A DNA stretch of 64,000 nt, taken from assembly GCA_903889895.1 (NCBI GenBank), contig CAISYZ010000070.1, positions 34,368 through 98,367 on the forward strand, in the 5' to 3' direction. The notes below the pieces were generated by a model, which saw only the letters and a list, made by a program, of their open reading frames with translations, was not told the origin of the DNA and searched no databases. Position 1 is the stretch's first letter, and each line of letters starts with the position of its first letter. Origin of the DNA: an uncultured Verrucomicrobia subdivision 3 bacterium (GTDB lineage: Bacteria; Verrucomicrobiota; Verrucomicrobiia; Limisphaerales; UBA11358). The position numbers and the translations under genes were made by a program. Of this stretch, positions 36,864 through 46,614 are shown piece after piece.

Positions 36864-38438
36864 GTGCCAATGAAACTGCCCGGATACTTTTTTTGCTGCG
36901 GCCTGAGCCTGCTGCCCGCGCTGGGCCGCGCGGAAGCCCCGGCCAGGCCGAACATTCTCTTCATCCTCGTGGATGATTACGGCATCAAGGACGTGGGCAT
37001 CGAGGGCAGCCAGTTTTACGAAACGCCGAACATTGATGCGTTCGCCCGCAGCGGCATGCGGTTCACCCAGGGCTACGCCGCCGGCGCGGTGTGCAGCCCG
37101 TCGCGCGCGAGCATTTTGCTCGGGCAATATCCCACGCGGCACGGCATCACCGAATGGATCGGCGCGGAAACCGGCCAGGCGTTCGCCGCCGAGCACCGGA
37201 CGCGGTTGCTGCCGCCGGACTACGTGCAAAACCTGCCGGCCAACGCCACCACGCTGGCCGCGGCGCTGAAGGGGGCGGGTTATAGAACTTTTTTTGCCGG
37301 CAAATGGCATCTCGGCAGCAAAGGCGCGTGGCCGGAGGACCGCGGTTTCGACCTTAACAAGGGCGGCTGGGACTCGGGGAGCCCCAAGGGCGGCTACTAC
37401 GCACCGTGGATCAACCCCACGCTGCCGAGCGGCCCGCCCGGCCAGTCGTTGACCCAGCGCCTCGCGGATGAAACGATTGCGTTCATCGAGCAAAACACCA
37501 ACCGGCCGTTCCTGGCTTACCTCGCGTTTTACGCCGTGCATGGCCCGGTCGAAACCACCCGGCCGCTCTGGGAAAAATATCGCGCGAAGGCCGCCGCCCA
37601 GCCGGCGCCGCCGGCGCGGTTTGCCATCGACCGCACCCTGCCGGTCCGTCTCGTGCAGGACAATCCCATTTACGCCGGGCTGATTGAGGAAATGGACAAC
37701 GCCGTCGGCCGGGTGCTGAAAAAAATTGACGCGCTAAATCTGGCGACCAATACCATCATTGTATTCACCAGCGACAATGGCGGCGTGGTTTCCGGCGACA
37801 GCTTCAGTTCTTCCCAGCTGCCCTATCGCGGCGGCAAAGGCCGCCAATGGGAAGGCGGCACGCGCGTGCCCCTTTACATCCGCGCCCCCGGCCTGACGCG
37901 TTCGGGCAGCGTGTGCGACACCCCGGTGAGCGGCATTGATTTTTTCCCGACGCTGCTCGCCCTCGGCGGCGTCACTGCGGCGCCGCAGCAGACCGTGGAT
38001 GGCGTGAGCCTCGTGCCGTTGCTCCAAGGCGCCCGCCTCGCACCGCGGCCGCTCTTCTGGCATTATCCGCACTACGGCAACCAGGGCGGCGAGCCCACCT
38101 CCATCATTCGTTCCGGCGACTGGAAACTCATCCACTACTGGGAAGACGGCCACAACGAACTTTACAATTTGGCCGCCGACATGGGTGAGCAGCACGACCT
38201 GGCCAGGACTGAGACGAACCGGGCCGCCGCCTTGTGGTCGCAGTTACAGGCATGGCTTAAAGCCACCGGCGCAAAAATTCCGCAGCCCAATCCCGCTTAC
38301 CAACCAGCCTGGGCGGAGCAACAGCGTCAAGCCGCGTTGCGCCAAAAAGCCTATCTCGAAAAGCAACACGCCGAATTTCTCGATCCCCATTGGCAGCCGG
38401 ATCCGACGTGGTGGAAGAGCCAGCAAACGCCGGACTGA
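36864..38438 (+). CDS. Formylglycine-dependent sulfatase (arylsulfatase family)
   Basis: Signal peptide, then PNILFILVDDYG. CSPSR formylglycine motif at nt 37092-37106. GTG start at 36864, or ATG at 36870. Confidence 0.9.
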   Translation: MPMKLPGYFFCCGLSLLPALGRAEAPARPNILFILVDDYGIKDVGIEGSQFYETPNIDAFARSGMRFTQGYAAGAVCSPSRASILLGQYPTRHGITEWIGAETGQAFAAEHRTRLLPPDYVQNLPANATTLAAALKGAGYRTFFAGKWHLGSKGAWPEDRGFDLNKGGWDSGSPKGGYYAPWINPTLPSGPPGQSLTQRLADETIAFIEQNTNRPFLAYLAFYAVHGPVETTRPLWEKYRAKAAAQPAPPARFAIDRTLPVRLVQDNPIYAGLIEEMDNAVGRVLKKIDALNLATNTIIVFTSDNGGVVSGDSFSSSQLPYRGGKGRQWEGGTRVPLYIRAPGLTRSGSVCDTPVSGIDFFPTLLALGGVTAAPQQTVDGVSLVPLLQGARLAPRPLFWHYPHYGNQGGEPTSIIRSGDWKLIHYWEDGHNELYNLAADMGEQHDLARTETNRAAALWSQLQAWLKATGAKIPQPNPAYQPAWAEQQRQAALRQKAYLEKQHAEFLDPHWQPDPTWWKSQQTPD

Positions 38439-38520
38439 CGCAACGAATTGGTAGGGCGACAAAAAGGGCGTTGTCAGCAATAGCCTTCGTTGGGCGTCTT
38501 ATCGCGGTGGCCGGGCCAAC

Positions 38521-40998
38521 TTATTTCGCCTTCGGTTCCACCGGTATCCGCATGCAGTAAAACGAGCGCCACGCAAACACCAGCGCAATGAGGAAACACA
38601 CGCTGCCGATAACGTAGGACAAGATGGAGTCGGGATTTTTCTGTTTCAGTTCCACGGCAATCTCCACCGCCAGCAGCCCGAACAGCGTGGTGAACTTGAT
38701 GATGGGGTTCATCGCCACGGAGCTGGTGTCCTTGAACGGGTCGCCCACGGTGTCGCCGACGACGGTGGCGGCGTGGAGCGGCGTGTTTTTCATCTTCAAA
38801 TCCACTTCCACGATTTTCTTGGCGTTGTCCCACGCGCCGCCGGCGTTCGCCATGAAGATGGCCTGGAACAACCCGAAGAACGCGATGGCGATGAGGTAGC
38901 CGATGAAGAAATACGGGTTCAAAAACGGCAGGCCGAGCGCGAAGCAAAAGATGACGATGAAGATGTTGATCATGCCCTTCTGCGCGTAGCGCGTGCAGAT
39001 TTCCACGACGCGTTTGCTGTCCTCGATGGACGCGGAATCCTTGTCGAGCTTGATGTTTTTCTTGATGAAGACGACCGCGCTGTAAGCGCCCGCGACGACG
39101 GCTTGAATGGTCGCGCCGGTGAACCAATAAATCACCGAGCCGCCCATGAGCAGACCAAAAACAATCTGCGGCATGACGAGCGAGAGCCGGCCGACGGCGT
39201 CGCCGAAGACGTGTTCGAGCAGCATGATGATGCCGAAAATCATCGTGGTGGAGCCGACCACCGCCGTGCCGATGAGCACGGGCTTGGCGGTGGCCTTGAA
39301 GGTGTTGCCCGCGCCGTCGCCTTTTTCGAGTTCCGTTTTGGCGGTGTGGAAATCGGGTTTGAAGCCGAAATCTTTTTCGATTTCCGCGCCGATGCCCGGC
39401 AGCTTTTCGATGCGGGACAATTCAAAGACGGATTGGGCGTTGTCCGTCACCGGGCCAAAGCTGTCCACGGCAATCGTCACCGGGGCCATCGCGAGAAAAC
39501 CAAACGCGACAAGGCCGAACGCAAAAATCGGCGCGCCGAAGACGAACTTGGCCGGGATGAGCGCCATGAAGTCGTGGTTCAGCGAGAATAGATACGAGAC
39601 AAACATCAGACCGAGGATGACGAGACCCATCCAGAACGCGGAGAAATTGCCGGCGACGAGGCCGGAGAGGACGTTGAGCGACGCGCCGCCCTGGTCGGAG
39701 GCGTCGGTGACTTCCTGCACGTGCTTGGACTTGGTGCTGACGAAGATTTTCGTGAACTCCATGATGAGCGCGCCCGCGAGCGTGCCGCACGCGATGATGC
39801 TGGACAGCACCCACCAGAGGTTGGGCAGCGGTTTGACAATGTAGTTCGTTGTATGCGCATCGGGGATTATGGTTTCAGTAATCGAAAAATCACCAAGCAA
39901 CAGCCAGCTCGCGCCGAAGCAGACGAGGATGGAAACGATGCTGGTGATCCAGACGAGGTCGGTGAGCGGCGCTTCCCAGTTGAAATCTTTTTGGTGGCCG
40001 TAACGGACTTTGGCCAGAGCCATATTGAAATAAAACGAGCCGAGCGAGGCCAGCACCATGAGCGCCTGAATCGCGAACATCCAGATGATGAGCTTCGCGC
40101 AGAGCAGCGGCGAAAGCGCCAGCGCCAGCGCGAGAAAGGCGATGAGCGCCACTCCGGTGACGCCGTAGGTTTCAAAGCCGTCCGCCGTCGGGCCGACGGA
40201 ATCGCCGGCGTTGTCGCCCGTGCAGTCGGCGATGACGCCGGGATTCTTCGGATCATCTTCCGGCAGGTTGAAAACAATTTTCATCAGGTCGGAACCGATG
40301 TCGGCAATTTTGGTGAAGATGCCGCCGCCGATGCGCAAGGCCGACGCGCCGAGCGATTCGCCGATAGCGAAACCGATGAAGCACGGCCCGGCGAGTTCCG
40401 TGGGCACGAAGGCTAGAATCGCGATCATGCACGCGAGTTCCACGCAGATGAGCAGCAGACCGATGCTCATGCCGGCTTGCAGCGGGATGAAAAGCGTTTT
40501 CAGCGGACTGCCGCGCAGCGACGCGAAGGCCGCGCGGCTGTTGGCGATGGTGTTGATACGAATGCCGAACCACGCCACGCCGTAGCTGCCGAGGATGCCG
40601 AAGACGGAACACGCCAGAATCACCAGGACTTGACCGAGCGGCTTGTGTTGGAGGCCGATGAAATAATAGATCATGCACACCGCGATGAGCACCCAGAGCG
40701 CGGCGAGAAATTTTCCCTGCTGGAACAAATAGGTTTTGCACGTCTCCCAAATGATTTGGGACACGTCGCTCATCGAGCGGTGCACCGGCAGCGCGCGGGT
40801 GCGGACGTATTCCATGAGGCCGAACGCCGCGCCGACGGCGCACACAAACAGTCCGAAAAACAAAATCGCCTGCGCCGTGACGGTGCCATGAAAGAAATTC
40901 AACTGTTCGAGCGAGGGCAGTTGGATGTCGGCGTCACCGGCAAACGCGCTGGTGGCGCACAGAGACAATACGACTAGCAGTAAATTCCGCTTTGGCAT
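38521..40998 (-). CDS. hppA: Membrane-bound ion-translocating pyrophosphatase
   Basis: Polytopic protein with M-PPase blocks GGIFTKIADIGSDLMK, DNAGDSVGP, GGAWDNAKK and DTVGDPFKDT. Start chosen at MPKRNLLL (cat at 40996-40998). Confidence 0.9.
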   Translation of the reverse strand: MPKRNLLLVVLSLCATSAFAGDADIQLPSLEQLNFFHGTVTAQAILFFGLFVCAVGAAFGLMEYVRTRALPVHRSMSDVSQIIWETCKTYLFQQGKFLAALWVLIAVCMIYYFIGLQHKPLGQVLVILACSVFGILGSYGVAWFGIRINTIANSRAAFASLRGSPLKTLFIPLQAGMSIGLLLICVELACMIAILAFVPTELAGPCFIGFAIGESLGASALRIGGGIFTKIADIGSDLMKIVFNLPEDDPKNPGVIADCTGDNAGDSVGPTADGFETYGVTGVALIAFLALALALSPLLCAKLIIWMFAIQALMVLASLGSFYFNMALAKVRYGHQKDFNWEAPLTDLVWITSIVSILVCFGASWLLLGDFSITETIIPDAHTTNYIVKPLPNLWWVLSSIIACGTLAGALIMEFTKIFVSTKSKHVQEVTDASDQGGASLNVLSGLVAGNFSAFWMGLVILGLMFVSYLFSLNHDFMALIPAKFVFGAPIFAFGLVAFGFLAMAPVTIAVDSFGPVTDNAQSVFELSRIEKLPGIGAEIEKDFGFKPDFHTAKTELEKGDGAGNTFKATAKPVLIGTAVVGSTTMIFGIIMLLEHVFGDAVGRLSLVMPQIVFGLLMGGSVIYWFTGATIQAVVAGAYSAVVFIKKNIKLDKDSASIEDSKRVVEICTRYAQKGMINIFIVIFCFALGLPFLNPYFFIGYLIAIAFFGLFQAIFMANAGGAWDNAKKIVEVDLKMKNTPLHAATVVGDTVGDPFKDTSSVAMNPIIKFTTLFGLLAVEIAVELKQKNPDSILSYVIGSVCFLIALVFAWRSFYCMRIPVEPKAK

Positions 40999-41126
40999 AG
41001 GGCGGGAAAATTGCCGCAGGATGGTGATGAAGACCAGATTTATTTTGTGCGGCGTCATCACGAGATTACGCCATGTCTGCACAATCGCGCTTGCCGCTGT
41101 GCGCGGCGTGCCGCAATCTTTTCCCG

Positions 41127-42143
41127 ATGTCCGAACGGCCCGTCTCCACCCTCAACAAACCCGACACCGCGCTCGAAATGACGCTGCGGCCCTCGCTCTT
41201 TTCAGATTTCACCGGCCAGCCCAAGGTGAAGGAGCGGCTGGAAATCGCCGTCGAAGCCGCCAAGCAACGCGGCGAGGCGCTCGACCACATCCTGCTCTCC
41301 GGTCCGCCCGGCCTCGGCAAAACCACCATCGCAAATATTTTGGCGAAGGCGATGGGCGCGAGCGTCAAGGCCACCAGCGGTCCGACGATTGAAAAAGCTT
41401 CCGACCTCGCGGGCCTGCTAACGAATCTGGAGGAAGGCGACGTGCTCTTCATCGACGAAATCCATCGCCTGCAAAAAACCATCGAGGAATACCTCTATCC
41501 GGCGATGGAGGATTTCAAGTTGGACATCATCATTGACCAAGGGCCGAACGCGCGCAGCGTGCGGCTGAACTTGCCGCGCTTTACGCTCATCGGCGCAACG
41601 ACGCGCAGCGGTTTGTTGAGCGCGCCGTTGCTCACGCGGTTCGGGATGCGCGAGCGGCTGGATTATTATTGCGCGAGCGATTTGGATAAAATTGTTCTCC
41701 GCTCGGCGAATTTGCTCAACGTGGAAATTGACCCCGCCGGCGCGCATGAAATCGCCCGGCGCAGCCGCGGCACGCCGCGTATCGTAAATAATCTGCTCCG
41801 CCGCGTGCGCGACTACGCGCAGGTGCGGCACGACGGCCGCATCACAAAGCAAGTCGCCGATAAAGCGCTGGCGATGCTGGAAATTGACGAGAATGGTTTG
41901 GACGAAATGGACAAGCGCATCCTCGAAGCCATCATTGTGAAGTTCGGCGGCGGACCGGTCGGTGTGAATTCCCTCGCCGTCGCCGTCGGCGAGGAACCGG
42001 ACACGATTGAGGAAGTTTACGAGCCGTATCTCATCATGGAAGGCTACCTCAACCGCACACCGCAAGGGCGCATCGCGACGGAATTGAGCTATAAAAAACT
42101 TGGCCTGAAACCGGCGACGGGAAATCAGTCGAAACTTCTCTGA
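41127..42143 (+). CDS. ruvB: Holliday junction branch migration helicase RuvB
   Basis: [19 protein letters not shown], Walker [10 protein letters not shown], Walker [10 protein letters not shown] and [16 protein letters not shown]. Start at MSERPVS (atg at 41127). Confidence 0.92.
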   Translation: MSERPVSTLNKPDTALEMTLRPSLFSDFTGQPKVKERLEIAVEAAKQRGEALDHILLSGPPGLGKTTIANILAKAMGASVKATSGPTIEKASDLAGLLTNLEEGDVLFIDEIHRLQKTIEEYLYPAMEDFKLDIIIDQGPNARSVRLNLPRFTLIGATTRSGLLSAPLLTRFGMRERLDYYCASDLDKIVLRSANLLNVEIDPAGAHEIARRSRGTPRIVNNLLRRVRDYAQVRHDGRITKQVADKALAMLEIDENGLDEMDKRILEAIIVKFGGGPVGVNSLAVAVGEEPDTIEEVYEPYLIMEGYLNRTPQGRIATELSYKKLGLKPATGNQSKLL

Positions 42144-42147
42144 TGGC

Positions 42148-44022
42148 ATGAACGCCGTCCGTCTCTGGCTTTGGATTTCGGCAACCGCGAGTCTCGCCGG
42201 CTGGAGTTTGTCGGCCATCGGCCAGTTGAACCGCGCGGGCTACGTGGTTTTCTTCGCACTCGCCGCCGGCGTTTTTTCCCTGTGCCGGCAAAAAATTGAT
42301 TTTCCCGCGCCGAAAAAACTTTTCCGCCGGTTCCGCCGTCCGCTGCCGTCGGCGTTTTTGCTTCTGGCAATTCTGGTTTTTCTTGGCGGCGTGATTTATC
42401 CACCGAGCAATTACACCGGGCTGAATTACCGACTCGCGCGCACACTGCAATGGCTCGCTCACGACGGCTGGTTCTGGATTCACACGCCCATCTTCCGCAT
42501 GAACGACCGCGCGGTCGGCATCGAATGGCTGTCCGCACCGCTGGTGCTATTCACGAAATCGGACCGCGCGCTTTTTCTGGTAAACTTCCTGCCGTTCCTG
42601 CTGCTGCCGGGGTTGGTGTTCGCGGTGTTCACGCGGCTCGGCGTGCGCGCCCGCGTGGCGTGGCCATGGATGTGGCTGCTGCCGCTGGGCTACGATTTTC
42701 TGCTGCAAGCCGGCGGCAACGCGAACGACACGTTCCCCGCTGTCTATGCGCTGGCGATGATCGCATTCGGCTGCCGCGCGTGGGCAACGCGCAAACCGGC
42801 GGACTTGTGGTGCGCGATGCTTGCCGCCGCGCTGATGACGGGTGCTAAGGCCAGCAACCTGCCACTGCTGCTGGCCTTCGTCATTTTAATTTTCCCGCTG
42901 GTGCCGGTTTTGCGGAAACGCTGGCTGTCGACGACTATGGTGCTTTTGCTGGCAGTCATGGTTTCGTTTCTGCCCATCGCATATTTTAATTTCCATTATC
43001 TCCACGACTGGTCGGGCGCGGCGATCGAGCGCGCGAACATGACGATGAAAAATCCGTTCGTCGGCGTCTGGGGCAACGCGCTGCAAATCTTGGTGAACAA
43101 TTTTCTGCCGCCGCTGTTCCCGCTGGCCGGCTGGTGGAATCATCACATCCTGAATTTCGCGCCGGGATTTCTGATGCGAGCGCTCGTGGCGAATTTTGAG
43201 CCGGATTTTCAGGTGGTGCCAGAACTGCCGACGGATGACTGGGCCGGCCTCGGCTTCGGTTGCAGCGTGCTGCTGCTCGTCTCGCTCGTCGCTGGCTGGC
43301 GGTTACGCCGCAGTAGTGGAAATTTTTTCGCGCCGGTTTCCGCGCTGCCGGAAAAACTGCGCTGGTGCGTTTTGCTGTCGCCGTGGCTGGCACTGATGGC
43401 CTTCACGGCGAAGTCCGGCATGATTACGCCGCACCGCATCATCGGGCCGTATTATCCGCTGCTGCTGCCGGCGCTGCTGGTCGGCGGGGGACATTCGTTG
43501 GTGGTGCGACGGCGCTGGTGGCGCAGGCTCGCGCTGGGTGCAACGATCCTGGCCTTGGTGGTTTTGGTGCTGCAACCGGACCGCCCGCTGTGGCCGGCGC
43601 AAACTATTTTATCAAAACTCGCGGCGCGGCATCCCGATTCGCACGCGGTGGCGCGGGCAAAGGAAGTTTACGCCGTTTATGCAGCGCGCAATGACGCGCT
43701 GGCCGGCGTGCGCAACCTGGTGCCGCCGGAGACAAAAGTTGTCGGCTTCATCGGCACGGAGGACGACTGCGATATTTCGCTGTGGCGGCCGTTTGGCACG
43801 CGACGCGTGGAGCATTTTTTCCTGACGGATTCGCCGGCCGATATCCGGCAGAAAGTTCAATGCGTCGTCGTGGGTGGTTTCAATCTGGAAATGCACCACC
43901 AGACCATTGACGGCTGGCTGAAGTCGGCAGATGCCGAACTCATTGGCACCACGAATGTCCTGCTGAAAATCACCGAGGGCCCGCAGCCGTGGTATGTCGC
44001 GCGGTTCAAGCCGGAAAAATAA
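42148..44022 (+). CDS. Polytopic membrane protein, possibly a GT-C-type glycosyltransferase or polymerase-like enzyme
   Basis: 624 aa with about 11-13 TM segments in the first 460 aa or so, then a soluble C-terminus. Starts 4 nt after ruvB. The functional call is weak. Confidence 0.35.
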   Translation: MNAVRLWLWISATASLAGWSLSAIGQLNRAGYVVFFALAAGVFSLCRQKIDFPAPKKLFRRFRRPLPSAFLLLAILVFLGGVIYPPSNYTGLNYRLARTLQWLAHDGWFWIHTPIFRMNDRAVGIEWLSAPLVLFTKSDRALFLVNFLPFLLLPGLVFAVFTRLGVRARVAWPWMWLLPLGYDFLLQAGGNANDTFPAVYALAMIAFGCRAWATRKPADLWCAMLAAALMTGAKASNLPLLLAFVILIFPLVPVLRKRWLSTTMVLLLAVMVSFLPIAYFNFHYLHDWSGAAIERANMTMKNPFVGVWGNALQILVNNFLPPLFPLAGWWNHHILNFAPGFLMRALVANFEPDFQVVPELPTDDWAGLGFGCSVLLLVSLVAGWRLRRSSGNFFAPVSALPEKLRWCVLLSPWLALMAFTAKSGMITPHRIIGPYYPLLLPALLVGGGHSLVVRRRWWRRLALGATILALVVLVLQPDRPLWPAQTILSKLAARHPDSHAVARAKEVYAVYAARNDALAGVRNLVPPETKVVGFIGTEDDCDISLWRPFGTRRVEHFFLTDSPADIRQKVQCVVVGGFNLEMHHQTIDGWLKSADAELIGTTNVLLKITEGPQPWYVARFKPEK

Positions 44023-46530
44023 TCACGGCTGCTGCACTACGCGATAAAACCGGCAACGGAAACCGCCCGCGCCGGGGTCGGTCAGGTAAAACGGCGCGGC
44101 GGTGGCAGCGTTGGTGTTCAACGCGGTCCAGTTCACCAGATTGGTTGAGGTTTGCAGCACGTATTGTTTGTCCACTAGGCCGGACAGTTGCAATTGCACC
44201 GCGCCGTTGGAGAAGGTGGTGCCGGCCAGCACCGGCGCGTAGGCCGGGTAAAGCTGCGTCTGCGGGATGATTTCCTGGGTCCGGGCCGCGCTGCTCCACG
44301 CGAGCTGCGCCGACGAGCCGCCGGTGTCCTGGAAATATTCCATCGTGAGCGGATATTTTTTCCCGGCGGCAAGCGTGACCGTGCCGCTCCATTCCGTCGC
44401 CGACTGATCCGCCCATTCGTCAACGAGCAACTGGCCGTTGACCCACAGCCGTGCGCCGTCGTCGGTGGTGGTGTAAAAGGTGTAGGTGTCGTTGAACTGC
44501 GGCTGCACCGCGCCGGTCCAGCGGATGGTGAAATTGGTGGCGCTGATGCCGGTTGCCGGCGCGGTGCCGCTCCAGTTGAAATTCACCGTGGCATCCGTGC
44601 GTGTGAGCGTGGGTGCGCCGGTGAACGTCATCAACTGGCCGGAATAATAGTCGCCGGTCAAGCCGGTGCCAGCGCCGATGGAGTTCGTGTTGACGAACGT
44701 GGCGAGCGCCGTTTCACTGGGCACGCCGCCGGTGACAAAAGCGCGGGCGGAAAGGCCGGCGGTGTTGGTCAGCGCGAACGGCCCGGTGTAATGCAGAGAG
44801 TTGGTCGTCGGCACAGTTTCATTTAGCGTGTAATAAATCGCCGCGCCGGGCGTGGTGTCCGTGAGCGTCACGGTGATGGCGTTGGTGAAATTGCCGCCGG
44901 CGGGCGAGATCACGGGCGTCGTCACAAACACGCCGGTGCCAAACACCGCCAGCCCGTTCTGCGAGCCGACATAGACCTTGCCGTTGGCGACGGTCGGCAC
45001 GGAAAATTTCACCGCCGGGCCGGGATAATCACGCGCACCGTCATCCGCCTGCAGGCTGTTGTAGATTTCCAGCGCGACGTTAGTGGCGTTGTAAGCACGT
45101 AATACCGCCGGGCCGCTGACATCGTAATCGTCGGACTCGATGGCCCAGACGATGGCGTTGCTGGTGCCGTTGGCGGAAATACTCGGCGTGGCGCCGGGGA
45201 AACCATACGCCGTCGGGCCTTGCGCCGGCGGCGTGGTGGCGATGACGCCATTGCTGATGCTGAACGCCTTCATCGTGTCGTTCACACCCACATAATAAAT
45301 CGTCTTTTGGAAATACGCCGGCGTGTCGAAACACAGCGGCATCGCACCCGGCAGAGATTGCACAATCTGGCTATCGCTGCCAGCCTGGTAATGGCCAAGG
45401 CTGTCGCGATCCATTAGATAAATTTTCCCTTCCTTTCCGGCACCGATTAGCAGGTGCGGATGTGTCATGCTACCGGCCTCATCCGGCAACACCATCGTGC
45501 CGCCGGAACCCAGATCTATGTCGCTGTCGTTCAAAGTCTGTTGATTGAAAGGGGTGAAATAATCTGCCGCCTGCAGGCCGTTGGTAGTTGAGAGCTTGAT
45601 ATAGCTGTCGCCATAATCGCCATTCGTCGTGGCATCAAACGTGCCGTTGCCGGTGGCTACGTAGATGTTGCCGTTCGTATCGCAAGCGGGCGCATCGCCG
45701 GCTTCCCAAAGACCGCCCTGGCTGCCGTTGGGCGTGGTGTTGAAAACATTCGATAACGTCAGCGTCTGCGCGCCATAGCCGATCAGCCAGCCGTGATACA
45801 AACCGTTATCGCAATGTGACGCGGAACCGACATAAACCACACCGCGATTCAGCAGCAGTCCCATGCGGTTTAGTTGGATTAATCCTTGAAAAGTCACATG
45901 ACCGCTACCATCGGTGCCGTCGCCCGTGCCCGCGACGGTGGGCTGAACGACCACTGGCCCGCCAAATTTCTCCGCGCCCGTCGCCACATTTAGCGCGTGC
46001 AGCCGGTGCACAAAATTGGTCACGCCACCGCTGACCTCTTTCGTCTTGGCCTCGACATAAATCGTCCCGTTCGTCGCGTCAATAACCGGCGTGCTGGTGA
46101 TGCCGATTTCCGGCACGAGGTCGTCACAGAGCGTGAACGGATTCGACACATCCGCGCTCGTGACCGTGGTCACACCCGCCGCCGGATTGAGGAAGCTCAC
46201 CTGCCACAGCGTCGCCATGCTGGCATCCGCATCGAACGCGTAAACGCTGTCATGCTCGGTAGCGACATACACCACATTATGCACGCCCTGGCCAGGAATG
46301 TTTACGTTCGTCAGCACCAATGGCTGCGCATAGACGTAACCGTCCACAGCATAGGAAAATAATTTGCCGAATGTCGCGGAATTGACGTTGGTGAGGTTCA
46401 GCACGGTTTCGTTTGTATTCAGGCCGGTGCGGGCGAGGTCATTGTGGTAAGTCAGCACGGCAACACCCGCGCTCGCGGCCGTTATGAAGCACACCAGTAA
46501 AATTGTCAGCCAAAACAATTTGATACGCAT
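44023..46530 (-). CDS. Secreted multidomain protein: beta-propeller (PQQ/BamB-like), chitobiase-C-like domain, PA14 domain and a C-terminal beta-sandwich
   Basis: Signal peptide MRIKLFWLTILLVCFITAASA. AIYYTLNETVPTTNSLHYTGPF resembles a Fn3-associated/CHB_HEX_C-like block. PA14 signature GLTGDYYSG...FTIRWTGAVQPQFNDTYTFYTTTDDGARLWVNGQLLVDEW. Ends in FYRVVQQP. Confidence 0.7.
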   Translation of the reverse strand: MRIKLFWLTILLVCFITAASAGVAVLTYHNDLARTGLNTNETVLNLTNVNSATFGKLFSYAVDGYVYAQPLVLTNVNIPGQGVHNVVYVATEHDSVYAFDADASMATLWQVSFLNPAAGVTTVTSADVSNPFTLCDDLVPEIGITSTPVIDATNGTIYVEAKTKEVSGGVTNFVHRLHALNVATGAEKFGGPVVVQPTVAGTGDGTDGSGHVTFQGLIQLNRMGLLLNRGVVYVGSASHCDNGLYHGWLIGYGAQTLTLSNVFNTTPNGSQGGLWEAGDAPACDTNGNIYVATGNGTFDATTNGDYGDSYIKLSTTNGLQAADYFTPFNQQTLNDSDIDLGSGGTMVLPDEAGSMTHPHLLIGAGKEGKIYLMDRDSLGHYQAGSDSQIVQSLPGAMPLCFDTPAYFQKTIYYVGVNDTMKAFSISNGVIATTPPAQGPTAYGFPGATPSISANGTSNAIVWAIESDDYDVSGPAVLRAYNATNVALEIYNSLQADDGARDYPGPAVKFSVPTVANGKVYVGSQNGLAVFGTGVFVTTPVISPAGGNFTNAITVTLTDTTPGAAIYYTLNETVPTTNSLHYTGPFALTNTAGLSARAFVTGGVPSETALATFVNTNSIGAGTGLTGDYYSGQLMTFTGAPTLTRTDATVNFNWSGTAPATGISATNFTIRWTGAVQPQFNDTYTFYTTTDDGARLWVNGQLLVDEWADQSATEWSGTVTLAAGKKYPLTMEYFQDTGGSSAQLAWSSAARTQEIIPQTQLYPAYAPVLAGTTFSNGAVQLQLSGLVDKQYVLQTSTNLVNWTALNTNAATAAPFYLTDPGAGGFRCRFYRVVQQP

Positions 46531-46614
46531 TAACAGATGTTAGGTGTTTCGGCCGCAAAAGTAAATTTTTGACGCGGTAGACATCTTGCAACCAGCCCGA
46601 CCTAATGCCTGACG